Positions 1 to 12,890 of a stretch of DNA of 64,000 nt are shown here, piece by piece. Positions within the stretch are counted from its first letter, which is position 1, and the number at the start of each line of letters is the position of its first letter. Location of the stretch: the NCBI GenBank assembly GCA_964016885.1, contig OZ024747.1, positions 42,160,001 through 42,224,000 of the forward strand. The letters run 5' to 3'. The notes under the pieces are model-generated. The model ran no database searches and had not been told where the DNA came from. It saw only the letters and a list, made by a program, of their open reading frames with translations. This stretch comes from Eledone cirrhosa. Its lineage: Eukaryota. Both the position numbers and the translations under genes were made by a program.

Positions 1-766
1 AAGCAGTGGTTACTGATCTCCCAGACAAGTCAAAATTGAAAACTAAGCATATACTTCCCTATGTTTGTCTTAGTGCTACCATAACATCCATATATTTATA
101 TCAGTGCTATCATAACTTCCATTGTTTCTGCATACATAAGCAAATGTCTTTGTTCCCAGTTCGATAACACCCATATGCATCACCTTTCATGTGGGTTAGC
201 ATTACACAGTGTGGATCCTGCTTGACTCATTTCTTTTCAGCCTTTGCAGATCTTCCACAGTCAATACTTATATCTCACTACCATGCTATATGGCACTTTG
301 GATCAATATCTATTGTATGTCTTGTGTATTTTCCAAAAATATCTTATTCTTTGTAATTTTGGTTAAAAGAAAAAGCTGGTGAAATTAACTGAAACAGTAA
401 AGGGCTTATAATATTTAGCTGCACATCTCATTTAGAGTTTAAATCATATCATGTTTGAATTTGCCTGTCATCCTTATGGTGTTTATAAAAGACCATATGT
501 ATCAGTCATATATTGAGGTTGATCCAGTTAATTATACTTGCTTTAGCCTTGTATGTAATCAATACGAAAGAATTGGTTTTAATTCTCAGCTGAATTAGTT
601 TTTTGGGGAGAAAGCATGACCTAGCCAAAGGAAACAAATATTGGTTAAAGTTATAGAATTTTTCATATTTTTGAATATTTCAGAAAATATTTTCTTAGAT
701 TTAGTAAGAAAAATCTGTTACTTATATTTATCCTCTTTTAGAATACTTTTTTTCTTTCTTTTGCAG

Positions 767-796
767 TTGGCTAGCAGTTCTTCACTTTGTGGAAAG
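767..796 (+). CDS. Probable 30-nt upstream exon of the glycosyltransferase gene (LASSSSLCGK if coding)
   Basis: Long pyrimidine tract + TTGCAG acceptor (ag 765-766) and AAG|GTAATT donor. It is open in phase 0 and would join in frame to the ATG at 2755, which directly follows a tttttag acceptor. Confidence 0.5.
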
Positions 797-1521
797 GTAA
801 TTTGACTATTTAATATATCCATTTGCTCATTTATGCTCTTTATGTTGAGGGTTATTAAGTACATTGTCCTGCCAACCAGTAGGTTAGTAGTTCATATCTG
901 GGTGTAAGCATTTAGCAAAATATAAACCTCCAGTAACCTATTTCCCCTATATGTAAATATGAACTTTAGAGGTGCAAACAGCACTGTTAAAAAACAGGGC
1001 TGTGTAATGTACTGATGAATGTTTTATAAGTTTGCATTGCTGGGTTGAACTATTTAACACTATTTGTCTATTTTGTTTTGAACAAAGAATAAGTAGGATT
1101 AACATGATTCAACATTCAACTAGTTTCATCTGTAGACTTGGCTTGTTGGGTGGTTAGTCTTTCTGTATAGATAAATACATACAACTAATTTGATCAGGAT
1201 CTCAACTGAATTTCATGATATTCCAAAGAAATTAGTTTCAATCAATGGTTAATAACTTTCATTTACATTACTCAAGAGAAGTGTAATATCAGACATTCCC
1301 CCATCTTAGCTATGTGTTCAGTGAATTGCAAAATATAACTTCTTCAGTCAGCCTATGAACTTTTCAGCTCACCCTCGCATGATAAGATGGCTTGATATTG
1401 GAATTTATTTTGAAGACTTGACTAACTGGGAATTTATCAACTCTCCATATTTCTCTCTTTCATACTGTCTCTCTCTTTCTCCTCTGTCTCTCACTCTCTT
1501 TCTCACTCTCCCATACCTTAA

Positions 1522-1708
1522 CCCTTTAGCATTTACATTACTCTATATATAGTATTGCATTTTTGTGGTAAAGGTTTTATCTTACATAATTATCTCACAT
1601 AATATTGAATCTATAAGGTTTTGATATTATTCATTTTGAGAACAATACCTTAACATCAGTATGAGTGGCCAGTTATTGCTAGTTTGAACTAGTTTAAATG
1701 CTAAAGTG
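1522..1708. mobile_element. piggyBac-like MITE (TTAA-flanked), same family as 13934-14141
   Basis: TTAA|CCCTTTAGCATTTA ... TAAATGCTAAAGTG|TTAA. Internal sequence is close to that of 13934-14141. Confidence 0.6.
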
Positions 1709-1944
1709 TTAATACACACATACTCCAGAAATTGAAAATTATTCACTAAAAGTAAAAGAAAAAAATGAAATAAAATGTATTTTTCAATATTTTCTTAAAA
1801 TATTGAGACAGTATTGGATTTGCAAAATCAGTAGAGCACTGAACAAAATACCTTGTGGTATTTAGGTATATCTGTTTACATATTAAGTTCAAATTTCCCC
1901 AAAGTTGATTTGATCTTTCATCCTTAGGGGTTTGCTAAAATAAT

Positions 1945-2119
1945 TGTTTCTACTTTTGGCACAAGGCCAGCAATTACCCAGTGCATTACTGGTACTTTAT
2001 TTTATCGACCCCGTAAGGATAAAAGGCAAAGTTAACCTTGGCTGGATTTGAACTCAGAATGGAAAGAGCCGTAACTCTATGCGTCAAAGCATGGCATCCA
2101 ACCCTCTGCCAATCCACCG
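1945..2119 (-). mobile_element. tRNA-derived SINE inserted into an older SINE
   Basis: Reverse complement of the SINE family seen at 34176 and 57170. 15-bp TSD GTTTGCTAAAATAAT at 1930-1944 and 2120-2134. Confidence 0.75.
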
Positions 2120-2754
2120 GTTTGCTAAAATAATAACCAGTGGAGTATTGTGGTTAACATAACTAAGTATATCTTCTCTCACAAAATTTATGGCTTTTTG
2201 CCAATATCAAAAGTAAATATTTTCTTCAATTTAACAAGGAATAAATTCTGAATTTGTGCAAAGATTCCTACATTCTTGTTCATGGATATTTTTTTAATTT
2301 ATTTGTTATCTAGAGGAATTTAAGGAAAACATTTCCATTTTGATGAGCTGGAATGTAAGAACATTCCTCTACTTTAGTCTTTACATCTTATAGAACTGTA
2401 GAAATATCTCAAATTAAAATTTTCTTTCATTTGTCAGTTTTAAATGCACATTTATATGCATAGTTATTTTAGTATGCACTTTACTGCAGTGTAAGAAATG
2501 TTTGCACTATACATCTTTATTGAGTGGCTTCAGTTATTATTGGAGTTGATCCATTTCACCCTAGAAAACATTAAATATCAAAGTTTTAACACATTAAATA
2601 AAGTGTTTGTCATGAAAATACAATAGTAAATATAGAGTAATGTAAATGTTAAAGGGTTAAGATTTTTTTTTACTTGTCTGTGACATTTTGTTATTGAATT
2701 GTTGTACACACTTTGCGTCTTTCTATTTATTTATTTTTTTTCTATTATTTTTAG

Positions 2755-3891
2755 ATGCCAGACTTCCGTGTTATTGCTGTGGTCTGCTTCCTCTTTCTGT
2801 TGTGTACCTGGCACCAGTTCATTGTTGACAATCAATGTACCGTGAAAACATCGAACAATCTTGAACAAACAATGTCAGAGCATTTTGAGGAGCTTCCACG
2901 TGATGAAGTACCTGATACATATAATGAAAATTTAAGTATGAAGAAACAAGAGTTAGTTAATTTAAACAACTACAGAACTAAATACATTATTTATTATTGT
3001 GTTGGCCAAAAAACTTGTGGGGGTTGGGGAGACAGACAACTTGGTATAGTGTCTGTCTATTTAATGGCTCTAGCCATGGGTCGTCGTTTTGGCATCATAA
3101 TTACAAAACCGTGTGAGATTTCTGCCTTTCTTCGCCCAAACAAAGTGAACTGGGAGGTTGACTCAAGAGAGTTGTTTAGCCTAGACAGTCGGTACCTCTA
3201 TTTGATTGGCAACAAAGATTACATTCCCCTTCTTCAATGGGCAGACTTGGAAACAGTTTACCCCGAAGATGTTGTCTATGTGACTGCAAACTATGACTTT
3301 TCCAATGCCTTGAAAAAGAATGTTCGCTATAAGGAACGGCTACTTTGGGCGTTACAAATGTCAAGTGAAAATATATTTGCTAAAGTGATGAATTTATTGT
3401 TTCGCTTTAACACTGTTCTTCAGAATCAACTACAAAATTTCTTCAGAGTCAATGTCCCCAAACCATATATACAACTTGTGTGTGCTCAAATTCGAATTGG
3501 ACGTAACCCTAGCATGCCATCTGATGAGCCAAGGAATACAATGTCTGATTTGCATATTGTCTGGGACTTTTTGAGTAGATACAATAATACGAACAAGTAC
3601 AAAATATTTGTAACGACAGATTCGGAGGATGTGCGGACTTTAGCTGCAGTAAAATTTGCCTCCCAATTTGTGTACAACTCTGGGGAAATAATCCACGTGG
3701 ATAAACCATATTATGGGAAGAACAATGTGTGTGATAATGTAATGAAGGTGATCCTGGACCAATATATTCTAACTAAATGTCATACGCTATTAGTGAGTCG
3801 AAGTTTTTTTGGTGAAAATGCTGCAATATTGAGAAAAAATAAAAAAAACACATTCATTTTCAAAAGTGGAGAGATATTCCGATGGCACTGA
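2755..3891 (+). CDS. Type II membrane glycosyltransferase, alpha-1,2/alpha-1,6/O-fucosyltransferase superfamily (GT23/GT37-like)
   Basis: 378-aa ORF with an N-terminal TM (VIAVVCFLFLLCTW) and a stem. Motifs: CGGWGDRQLGIVSVYLMA, motif I VCAQIRIG, motif II IFVTTDS, motif III DQYILTKCHTLLVSRSFFGENAA. Preceded by a splice acceptor. Confidence 0.8.
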   Translation: MPDFRVIAVVCFLFLLCTWHQFIVDNQCTVKTSNNLEQTMSEHFEELPRDEVPDTYNENLSMKKQELVNLNNYRTKYIIYYCVGQKTCGGWGDRQLGIVSVYLMALAMGRRFGIIITKPCEISAFLRPNKVNWEVDSRELFSLDSRYLYLIGNKDYIPLLQWADLETVYPEDVVYVTANYDFSNALKKNVRYKERLLWALQMSSENIFAKVMNLLFRFNTVLQNQLQNFFRVNVPKPYIQLVCAQIRIGRNPSMPSDEPRNTMSDLHIVWDFLSRYNNTNKYKIFVTTDSEDVRTLAAVKFASQFVYNSGEIIHVDKPYYGKNNVCDNVMKVILDQYILTKCHTLLVSRSFFGENAAILRKNKKNTFIFKSGEIFRWH

Positions 3892-4578
3892 TCAGAGTTT
3901 CTTTCTTGGGATCCTGGTCTGTTTTAGATTATTTTAGATTTCTTGGAAAATGCTTCTTGGCTCAGGAAATCCTAGGATATTTAAAAAGTACACACAACAT
4001 AGTCATACATAAGTATATACATACACACATACATAACTACTTAGAAGAACATACACACACACACACATATGCATACATATATCATACATACAATTTTGAA
4101 ATATTGACATAATTTATTATATCCAGGGTCCCTGGATTAAAGCTCATTCTAACATGGAATCCTTGGATAAGTAAAAGTGCCCAATCTGAGAAACCCTAGC
4201 TATTGGAATCACACACATGCACACACACACAGATACACATACACACACATGCACATATAGTGAACTAAGATTATTTGTATAAGTTTCATGTTTAGCATGT
4301 GTAAAATATTTATCATGTCTGAATGACTACTGCAATGATTTCATTCAGCTTTGAAATTAATATGCATGTATGTATGTGTATATATATACTTGTGTAATTA
4401 TATATGTATATGTGTATATATATATACACACACACACTAATAATGATAAAGAGAATGAAGTGTTAGATCTTCATTACGTTTATTGAAGTGTGACACATGT
4501 TTCATGATTGATCAGCTCAAGGCTCGATCTGTATCGATCTAGCCCAACTCTGGAATCAAAAGCTCGTTGGACTTCTGT

Positions 4579-4611
<33 letters not shown>

Positions 4612-4612
<1 letters not shown>

Positions 4613-5232
4613 CAAATGAATATATGAGGGATGAACACCGATACAATTATACATGTTTTCGAATGGCAAATGACCAAGTTAGCTAGGTTGAAAAATACTA
4701 ATTTAACATAATATGGTTTGCCTGTCTTGATTTAAAATAATAAGTCAATAAAAATAACAAACCTATATTGGCAATAGCCATGATACCCGGACAAATTCTA
4801 AATTTGTTTCACAACAATTAAGTGAAAGTTACTATTCCAGTGCTCTTCTGCGGGTATCCAGGAAAATTTGTATCAATCACTTCAGTCTTCTTAAGTATTC
4901 TGAAGTGATTAATATAAATTTTCCTGGATACCCGCAGATTCACTTAATTGTTGCGAAACAAATTTAGAATTTGTCTGGGTATCACGGTTATTGCCAATAT
5001 AGGTTTGTTATTTTTATTGATTTATTATTTTAAATCAAGACAGGCAAACCATATTATGTTAAAATAGTATTTTTCAACAAGGCTAGCTAGGTCATTTGCA
5101 ATTCGCACACATGTATACTTGTATCGGTGTTCATCCCTCATATATTCATTTGTATTACACGGCTCGGATATATTCCCTTCTTTGAGCTATTTAATTGTAA
5201 AAGACTATTTCGAGTTTATAACTCAATATTTG
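4612..5232 (+). mobile_element. Fold-back insert in (TA)n with hammerhead-like fold (Penelope-like pLTR remnant)
   Basis: Inverted arms about 4612-4885 and 4899-5153. The - strand 4782-4858 folds as GATACCCG-CAGAAGA-stemII-GAAA-CAAATTTAGAATTTG-TC-CGGGTATC. GCTC..GAGC tail at 5162-5187. Confidence 0.55.
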
Positions 5233-5259
5233 ATATATATATATATACATATATATATG

Positions 5260-5416
5260 TTAAGTATTTCCGAAGAAAAAGTAAAGGTAAAAACCGTGCT
5301 CTATGTATAATACAGAACTATTTAATTAGAAAGTAAACAACACAATATAGAACTATTCCATTACCAAAGGTTTCAGGACCCTAGACAATATTAACATATG
5401 TCTAGTTCGCTCATCA
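5260..5416 (-). mobile_element. 5'-truncated hammerhead-bearing pLTR-like insert
   Basis: - strand reads TGATGA-(CTAGACA/TGTCTAG stem)-GAAACCTTTGGTA, then tail GTTCTGTATTATACATAGAGCAC. Flanked by (TA)n. Confidence 0.5.
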
Positions 5417-5448
<32 letters not shown>

Positions 5449-5483
5449 ATATATATAGATATATACATTATATATATATATAT

Positions 5484-5677
5484 AGTTTTAATATAGATGA
5501 GATTCTACAGGACTAGAACTGTTTCATTCTTTAGAAATCATCAGGAATACTGATGATTTCTAAAGAATGAAACAGTTCTAGTCCTGTAGAATCTCATCTA
5601 TATTAAAACTTTATACTCTGCTATGTATTGAGTACCTTACATACTGTGGTTACCTCTGATTCAACCCGGAATAACTT
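5484..5677 (+). mobile_element. Fold-back hammerhead-bearing pLTR-like insert
   Basis: 61-bp inverted arms 5484-5544 and 5550-5610. The right arm starts CTGATGA-TTTCTAAAGAAT-GAAA-CAGTTCTAG-TC. The tail TACTC..GAGTAC is similar to 48640-48727. Confidence 0.6.
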
Positions 5678-5700
5678 ATATATATATATATATATATATA

Positions 5701-5863
5701 CAGGGTGGACCAAAAGTCACGATACATTGGAAAAATAATTATGTTTTTATAAGAAAAGAACGCGTTAAAAAATAAATAAATATGAAAATGTAAAAATGTA
5801 ATTACATTTTACATTTTCATATTTATTATTTTCCTTATGTATTGTGACTTTTGGGCCACCATG
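5701..5863. mobile_element. Tc1/mariner-type MITE
   Basis: About 25-bp TIRs CAGGGTGGACCAAAAGTCACGATAC / GTATTGTGACTTTTGGGCCACCATG, with TA on both sides. Confidence 0.75.
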
Positions 5864-5940
5864 TATATATATATATATATATATATCATCATCATTCATC
5901 AAAAATGATGATGATGATGATGATATATATATATATATAT

Positions 5941-6174
5941 ATTATAAATAATTTCTCAACACTGTTGCATGCTACCTAAGGTATCAAAATTACTTTAATT
6001 TTGGTATTGCCTGAAAGATAAGTAATACTAGCAGATATAACATCTCTATGATCTATGATAGAATAGGTTTTGAAACCTTAGGTAGCATGCAGCTGTGTTG
6101 AGAAATTATTTATAATATACTTTAGCTCTGTACTTAACATAGAGCACTCTTCTTCCTTTATCTATTCTTGATTC

Positions 6175-6177
<3 letters not shown>
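5941..6177 (+). mobile_element. Fold-back hammerhead-like pLTR insert
   Basis: Inverted arms about 5941-5989 and 6068-6116. TGC-CTGAAAGA...GAAACCTTAGGTA-GCA at 6008-6087. Tail GCTCTGTACTTAACATAGAGCAC. Confidence 0.55.
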
Positions 6178-6239
<62 letters not shown>

Positions 6240-7004
6240 CTGTGTATATAGACATGTCTATGTATAAGTGTATGTGTATCTATATATATATATATGTATA
6301 CATATGTCAGTTATTTAGTACATATTTTCTTGGTTCATTGTCTAAGATCAAAGACATTCAGTTGCGACAAACATGTCTCTACTATGTTATGCAGCACTCC
6401 ATTATCCAATGTCTCTCTCCTTTTTTGGATGCTAGAGTGTAATTTGAGGGACATTTGGTTGCTGATTTTAGCAGGTCGCATGACCATGTTGTTGTTGTTC
6501 CTGTTGTTTATGGTGGTATGGAAAATGGTTGACATGAGTAAGTGCTAGATTAAATGTATTACACTATTTAACTTCATCCCTCCATATTCTCAGTTGAATA
6601 AATTCTGTAGAGATAAACTTTGTCCACAAAATATTTAGAGGTTAATGAAATAAATAGCAGTAGAACACACTGGGTCAGCGAATTGACAGTCATTAGGACA
6701 TGGGGTCGAATGCTTTCTGGTGTTCATTCTTCTTGTCTAATCTCTGAGTTCAAATCTTATTGATGTCAACTCTGCCTTTCATCCTTTCAAGGTCGATAAA
6801 AAAGGTACCAGTCAAGTACTGGTGTTGATTCTTCCTCTATATCTCTTACTTCTTCTAAAAGATCAATTGTGTTCACACCAGGTGAGGGATGGGGTCTGTC
6901 AGGTTTTAAATGCCTATTACATGCTGTGTATCACTACAGTATTCCTACGACTCTATCAGGAATTATGGGTCTCTCCCTCTCTCTCTCTCTTTCAATATAT
7001 CTCT

Positions 7005-7617
7005 TTATATATATATATATATATGTATTTATATATATATGTATTTATATATATATGTATTTATATATATATGTATTTATATATATATGTATTTATATAT
7101 ATATATATATATGTATTTATATATATATGTATTTATATATATATGTATTTATATATATATGTATTTATATATATATGTATTTATATATATATATATATAT
7201 GTATTTATATATATATATATATGTATTTATATATATATGTATTTATATATATATATATATATGTATTTATATATATATATATATGTATTTATATATATAT
7301 GTATTTATATATATATATATATTTATATAATATATAGATATATTATATATATATATTTATATAATATATATATATATTATATATATATATATATATTATA
7401 TATATTATATATATATATTTATATAATATATATATATATTATATATATATATATATATTATATATAATATATATATATATTATATATATTATATATAATA
7501 TAATATTATATATAATATATTATATATAATATAATATTATATATAATATATTATATATATTATATATAATATAATATAATATTATATATATATATTATAT
7601 ATAATATAATATAATAT

Positions 7618-7648
<31 letters not shown>

Positions 7649-8896
7649 ATATAATATATATATATTATATATAATATATATAATATATATATATTATATA
7701 TATATAATATATATATATATCATATATAATATATTTATATATATTATATATAATATATATATATATTATATATAATATATATATATATAATATATATATA
7801 TATATTATATATATATAATATATATATATAATATATATATAATATATATATATAATATATATATATATATTATATATAATATATATATATATTATATATA
7901 ATATATATATATATTATATATAATATATATATATAATATATAATATATATATTATATATAATATATATATATATTATATATAATATATATATATATTATA
8001 TATAATATATATATATATAATATATATATATTATATATATTATATATATATATTATATATATATTATATATATATAATATATATATATATATTATATATA
8101 TATATATAATATATATATATTATATATATATTATATATATATATTATATATATATATCTCCATGGATCTCGGGAATTTTACCAGCCTTAGATAGATATAT
8201 TATATATATTATATATATATATATTATATATATATTATATATATATATAATATATATATATATTATATATATATTATATATATATATATATTATATATAT
8301 ATTATATATAATATATATATATATTATATATATATATTATATATATATATATAATATATATATTATATATATATATTATATATATATATAATATATATAT
8401 ATATTATATATATATATAATATATATATATATATTATATATATTATATATATATATAATATATATATATATATTATATATATTATATATATATATATAAT
8501 ATATATATATATATAATATATATATATATATTATATATATATAATATTTATATAAATTATATATATATATATAATATATATAATATATATATATATAATA
8601 TATATATATATATAATATATATATAATATATATATATATATAATATATATATAATATATATATATATATAATATATATATATATATAATATATATATAAT
8701 ATATATATATATATAATATATATATATATATAATATATATATAATATATATATATATATAATATATATATAATATATATATATATATATTATATATATAT
8801 ATATAATATATATAATATATATATATATATTATATATATATATAATATATATATATAATATATATATATATATAATATATATATAATATATATATA

Positions 8897-8934
<38 letters not shown>

Positions 8935-9144
8935 TATATATATTATATATATATATAATATATATATATATATTATATATATATATAATATATATAATAT
9001 ATATATATATTATATATATATATAATATATATATACATTATATATATATATAATATATATATTATATATATATATAATATATATATATATTATATATATA
9101 TATAATATATATATAATATATATATATATAATATATATAATATA
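7005..9144. repeat. About 2.1-kb degenerate (TA)n-based microsatellite tract
   Basis: Almost pure A/T: TATATATGTATT-type units, then (TA)nT and (TA)nA units. Interrupted only by the 37-nt insert at 8159. Confidence 0.95.
8159..8195 (+). mobile_element. 37-nt 3'-terminal fragment of the adjacent RTE LINE, opposite orientation
   Basis: TCCATGGATCTCGGGAATTTTACCAGCCTTAGATAGA is the exact reverse complement of 9145-9181. Confidence 0.85.
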
Positions 9145-12100
9145 TCTATCTAAGGCTGGTAAAATTCCCGAGATCCATGGACGAGTTCTCTCCAGCGGTC
9201 TCTGTCCCTCATTATCGCTGCCATATCCTGCATCTCCAACAGACCAGTGTCTGTCCTTAGGGCATCAACATATGTTAACCTTGGTCTTCCTCTTCTTCTG
9301 TGTCCATGTAGGGGCTCCCAAAGGAGCACTGAGTGCAATGTCAACTCTGGATGTTGGTGAGCATGTCCAGCAAACCTCAGTCTCCTCTGTGTCACTTTTG
9401 ATCTGACTCTTGGGATGCTCCCATACAGCTCTGAGTTTTTCATCCTCAGTGTATACTGATTAATGTTCAGAGCCATCCTCAGCATTCTCGTGTAGCACCC
9501 ATCCACCATCTGAGTGAGTTTCTTGGTCAGTGTCCAAGTCTCAGACCCATACAGCAGCACAGACTCCACTACAGCAATGAAGAGGTGGATTTTCAGGTCT
9601 CTACGAAGGTCCGACTTCCACACCGATCTCAAGCTGTGGCACGCCGCCCAGGCCTTGCTCTTCCTCTCAACCACATCATCTTCCATATTCCCAATCTTTG
9701 CTCCCAAATACAGGAAGTCCTCAACCAATTCCAGCGGCTTCCCGCCTACATTAGTGATTCCCTCTGGCTTCTCAACATTCTCTACCAGATATTTTGTTTT
9801 AGTCTCATTCATTCTCAGCTCCACACTCATCGACACAGTCTCAACCTCCCGCATCAAATCCTTTGCCTCCTTCACTGTATTTGTCACCAAAACTATGTCG
9901 TCATAGCATCTGATACCTTTTTCGCCCTAACTCTCCTGCTCTGAGCCGGTGCTACAGTAAAGCCAGAGTCCTGGTGTTTCTCCAGTGCAAGGCGCATACA
10001 ATAGTCCACTACGATGACAAAAAGGTAGGGAGCCAATGTATCTCCCTGGAGCACTCCAGCCAGTATCTCAAAGAACTCTGTCATCCCATCAGGTGTAATG
10101 ACTTGGGCTTTGGTGTTGGTGTAGAGCAGTGATATCAGGTCCACTATCTTCTTGGGGATTCCATAAGCCTGTAAGATCTTCATCAGGCAGTAACGGTCCA
10201 CAGAATCAAAGGCCTTCCTAAAGTCAATGAAAACCATGACCGCAGGAAGGCACTTTGCTCTAGCTCCCTCTAATATCCTCCTCAGCATCAGGATGTGACT
10301 GGTGGTTGATCTACCCTCTCTGAAGCCGTTCTGGTTGTCCCTGAGCTTCTTCTCCATCTCAGGCTGGATCCTGTTAAGAATCATCCTGTTGAGGGTCTTT
10401 GCCACAAGTGACGTCAGTGAGATCCCCCGGTAGTTGTTGGTGTTAGAGAGATCTCCCTTCTTTGGCACTGGGACGATGTTACTGATCCTCCACTGATTCG
10501 GGGCAACTCCTTTCTCCAGTGCCCCGTTACAGAACCCCAGGATGATATCATCAAAATCACACCTCTTCATCACCTCTGATGCCACTCCATCTTCTCCATG
10601 AGCCTTGCCCTCCTTGATCTTCTTCTTGGCTCTCTGAAGCTCCTCTCTGGTGAAGGGCTCTGTCTCAACGTCCAGTTCCTCAAACAGCCGCCTGATCTCC
10701 CCAGTGCTCTAGGCTGTGGAGGGTGGCTCTCCTAGTAGGGTCCTAAAATGGTCTAGCCATTTCCTCTTCCTATCCTCGGGCCCCGTTCCCTGGATCTGAC
10801 TCGAACACCTTCTCTTCCTCCCTGTGATCTCGTTGATGATCATCCAGCTCTCCTTACATCCAGATCTGTCAACCGCTCTCTCCACACTTCTGATCTTCTC
10901 TATCAGTGCCTCCTCTCTGACCTCAGTGTAAGCGGTACAGAGCTCTTCCCTCATCACCTCCACAGTCTCCATCCTCTCCTCCGTAGGATCAGCATAGAAT
11001 TGGTCCCTGGCAGCTTTCAGGTGTTCTCTGGCTGCACACTCTTTTGGGTTTGCAGAGCTGACATGCTTCCCTTTGTTCTTTTTCCTCGGCACCAGGGTTT
11101 CACTTGCTTCCGCCACTGCATTGGTGAAGTGCCCGTACCTCCTCGTCACAATCTCCCCAGTCCATCCAATCTCTCTCTCCTCTGACTCTCCACACAGAGC
11201 ACTAAACCTGTTTCTCACTTCCACTGTGAACCTCTCCTGTAGCTTATCATCTTCCTTGAAAGCTCCCCAGTCATAGATTGTTCTCCGGGGCTGAGCCTTG
11301 CTCTTTCTTAAGCTCACGCGGACCTCACACATAACAAGCCGGTGGTCACTACCCAGTGTACTGAAATAGCTGTATGGTTCCGTGTTCAGAACACTATTCC
11401 GCCACTTTTTCCTCACCAGAATGAAATCAATCTGGGACTTGGACAGGTGCACATCTGAGATGTAGGTCCACATCTTCCCCAGATTCTTCCTAAACCTTAG
11501 GTTGGTCGCCATCAAGTTCGCCTCCAGCAGGGTGTCTCTCAGTAGTCTTCCATTTCGGTTGGTGTTGTTATGGAAGTACCAGCAAGGATCTTCACTGCCC
11601 TCCTTACTCAGATGTGCATTGAAGTCCCCCAAAACAAGCAGGATATTGTGTGCCTGGGTGGTGTTGACAGCTCTACACACCTCCTCATGGAACTCTTCCG
11701 CATTCACATCACTGTCCCCCTCAGTTGGACTATAGGCTGAGATGACTGTCAGTCTTGGGTTTCCATTGAAGGTCACCCTCAACACTCGCGGGGAGATAGG
11801 CATTATTTCCCTCACCAACAGATTGGTTTTTGCACTGAACACAAAGCCCACTCCTCCTACTGCAGCATTTGTTGTGTTCTTCACTGCCGTTGTAGTGATG
11901 AGCTGGCTCCTCTTCCCGATCATCACACTCCTCACGGGCTCATCGTGTAGAATCCTGTGTTCTTGGATCGCAAGTATCTGTATACCACTCTCCTCGAACA
12001 GATGTCCCAACTCCTCTCTCTTCTCCAGCGTCCGAATAGTCCTCACATTCAAATTGCCCATTTTGATGGCTCTTCTGCAGGACAAAACTGCATTCTTTAT

Positions 12101-12255
12101 ATTTGTGTCAGAGACAGCTGATCCATCATCCACTGGCCCTCTCTGTGGCTCTAAGCCAGCAGAGTCATAACGACCAGGCTGCTCCTTGACAGTGTAATTA
12201 GGGGCTCTAACCCTAGTGCTGTTAGATCGACTCTCCATATTTCTTTTCATATATA
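9145..12255 (-). mobile_element. RTE-clade non-LTR retrotransposon (AP endonuclease + RT), disrupted
   Basis: APE motifs (MGNLNVRT, AIQEHR, LGDFNAH, SQIDFIL, SDHRLV) in 10709-12301. RT motifs (NYRGISL, FIDFRKAFDSV, GVLQGDTLAPYLF) in 9893-10585. C-terminal ESVLLYGSETWTL..GRPR in 9150-9890. Frameshift near 10710 and a deletion at the YADD site near 9900. Confidence 0.9.
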
Positions 12256-12261
12256 TATGAA

Positions 12262-12431
12262 AGTGGTCGTGGAGGTGCCACGGCAAAAAAGCACCCAGCA
12301 CTCACTGTAAATGAGGTTGGTGTTAGGAAGGGCATCCAGCTGTAGAAATCAAGCCAGAATCAGTTCCCGTCCCACCCCTGCAAGCAGGGAAAAGTGGACG
12401 TAAAATGAAATGATGATGATGATGATGATGA
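12262..12431 (+). mobile_element. SINE 3' half with RTE-type tail and (ATG)n
   Basis: Matches 28540-28700. Ends GCAAGCAGGGAAAAGTGGACGTAAAATGAAATGATGATG, as does the RTE 3' end at 17682-17740. Confidence 0.7.
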
Positions 12432-12769
12432 AATGATATATATATAATATATATAATATATATATATATATTATATATATATATTATATATATATGCGTT
12501 TCGCTTCGCATTTCCTGCCCGCCGAAAATGCGATTATCGCTGAATCTTTATTTGTATATTATATATATATATATATATATATATGTACATATATATTATA
12601 TATATATATATATATAACATATATATATATATATTGTATATGTATATATATTATATATATATATATGTACATATATTATATATATATGTACATATATATT
12701 ATTTATATATATAGATAGATAGATATAGAAAAGGCACGTGGCTGATTGGTAAAAGAATTTGATTATGGT

Positions 12770-12890
12770 CATCTCTGCCCCTGTGGCTAATAATTCTGTC
12801 ATGTAATGTTATGGACATCTCTGCCCCTGTGGCTAATAATTCTGTCATGTAATGTTATGGACATCTCTGCCCCTGTGGCTAATAATTCTG
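12770..12890 (+). repeat. 46-bp tandem repeat, about 2.6 copies
   Basis: Unit CATCTCTGCCCCTGTGGCTAATAATTCTGTCATGTAATGTTATGGA. Confidence 0.85.

Noticed and set aside
4438-4580. - strand CTGATCA..GAAACATGTGTC followed by AATAAA
   Set aside because: The core and stem I do not close convincingly. It is kept only as a possible degraded pLTR.
6822-7467. YI/CV-rich ORFs here and at 12494, 47383-48459 and elsewhere
   Set aside because: They are translations of (TA)n, (CA)n and (TGTA)n microsatellites.
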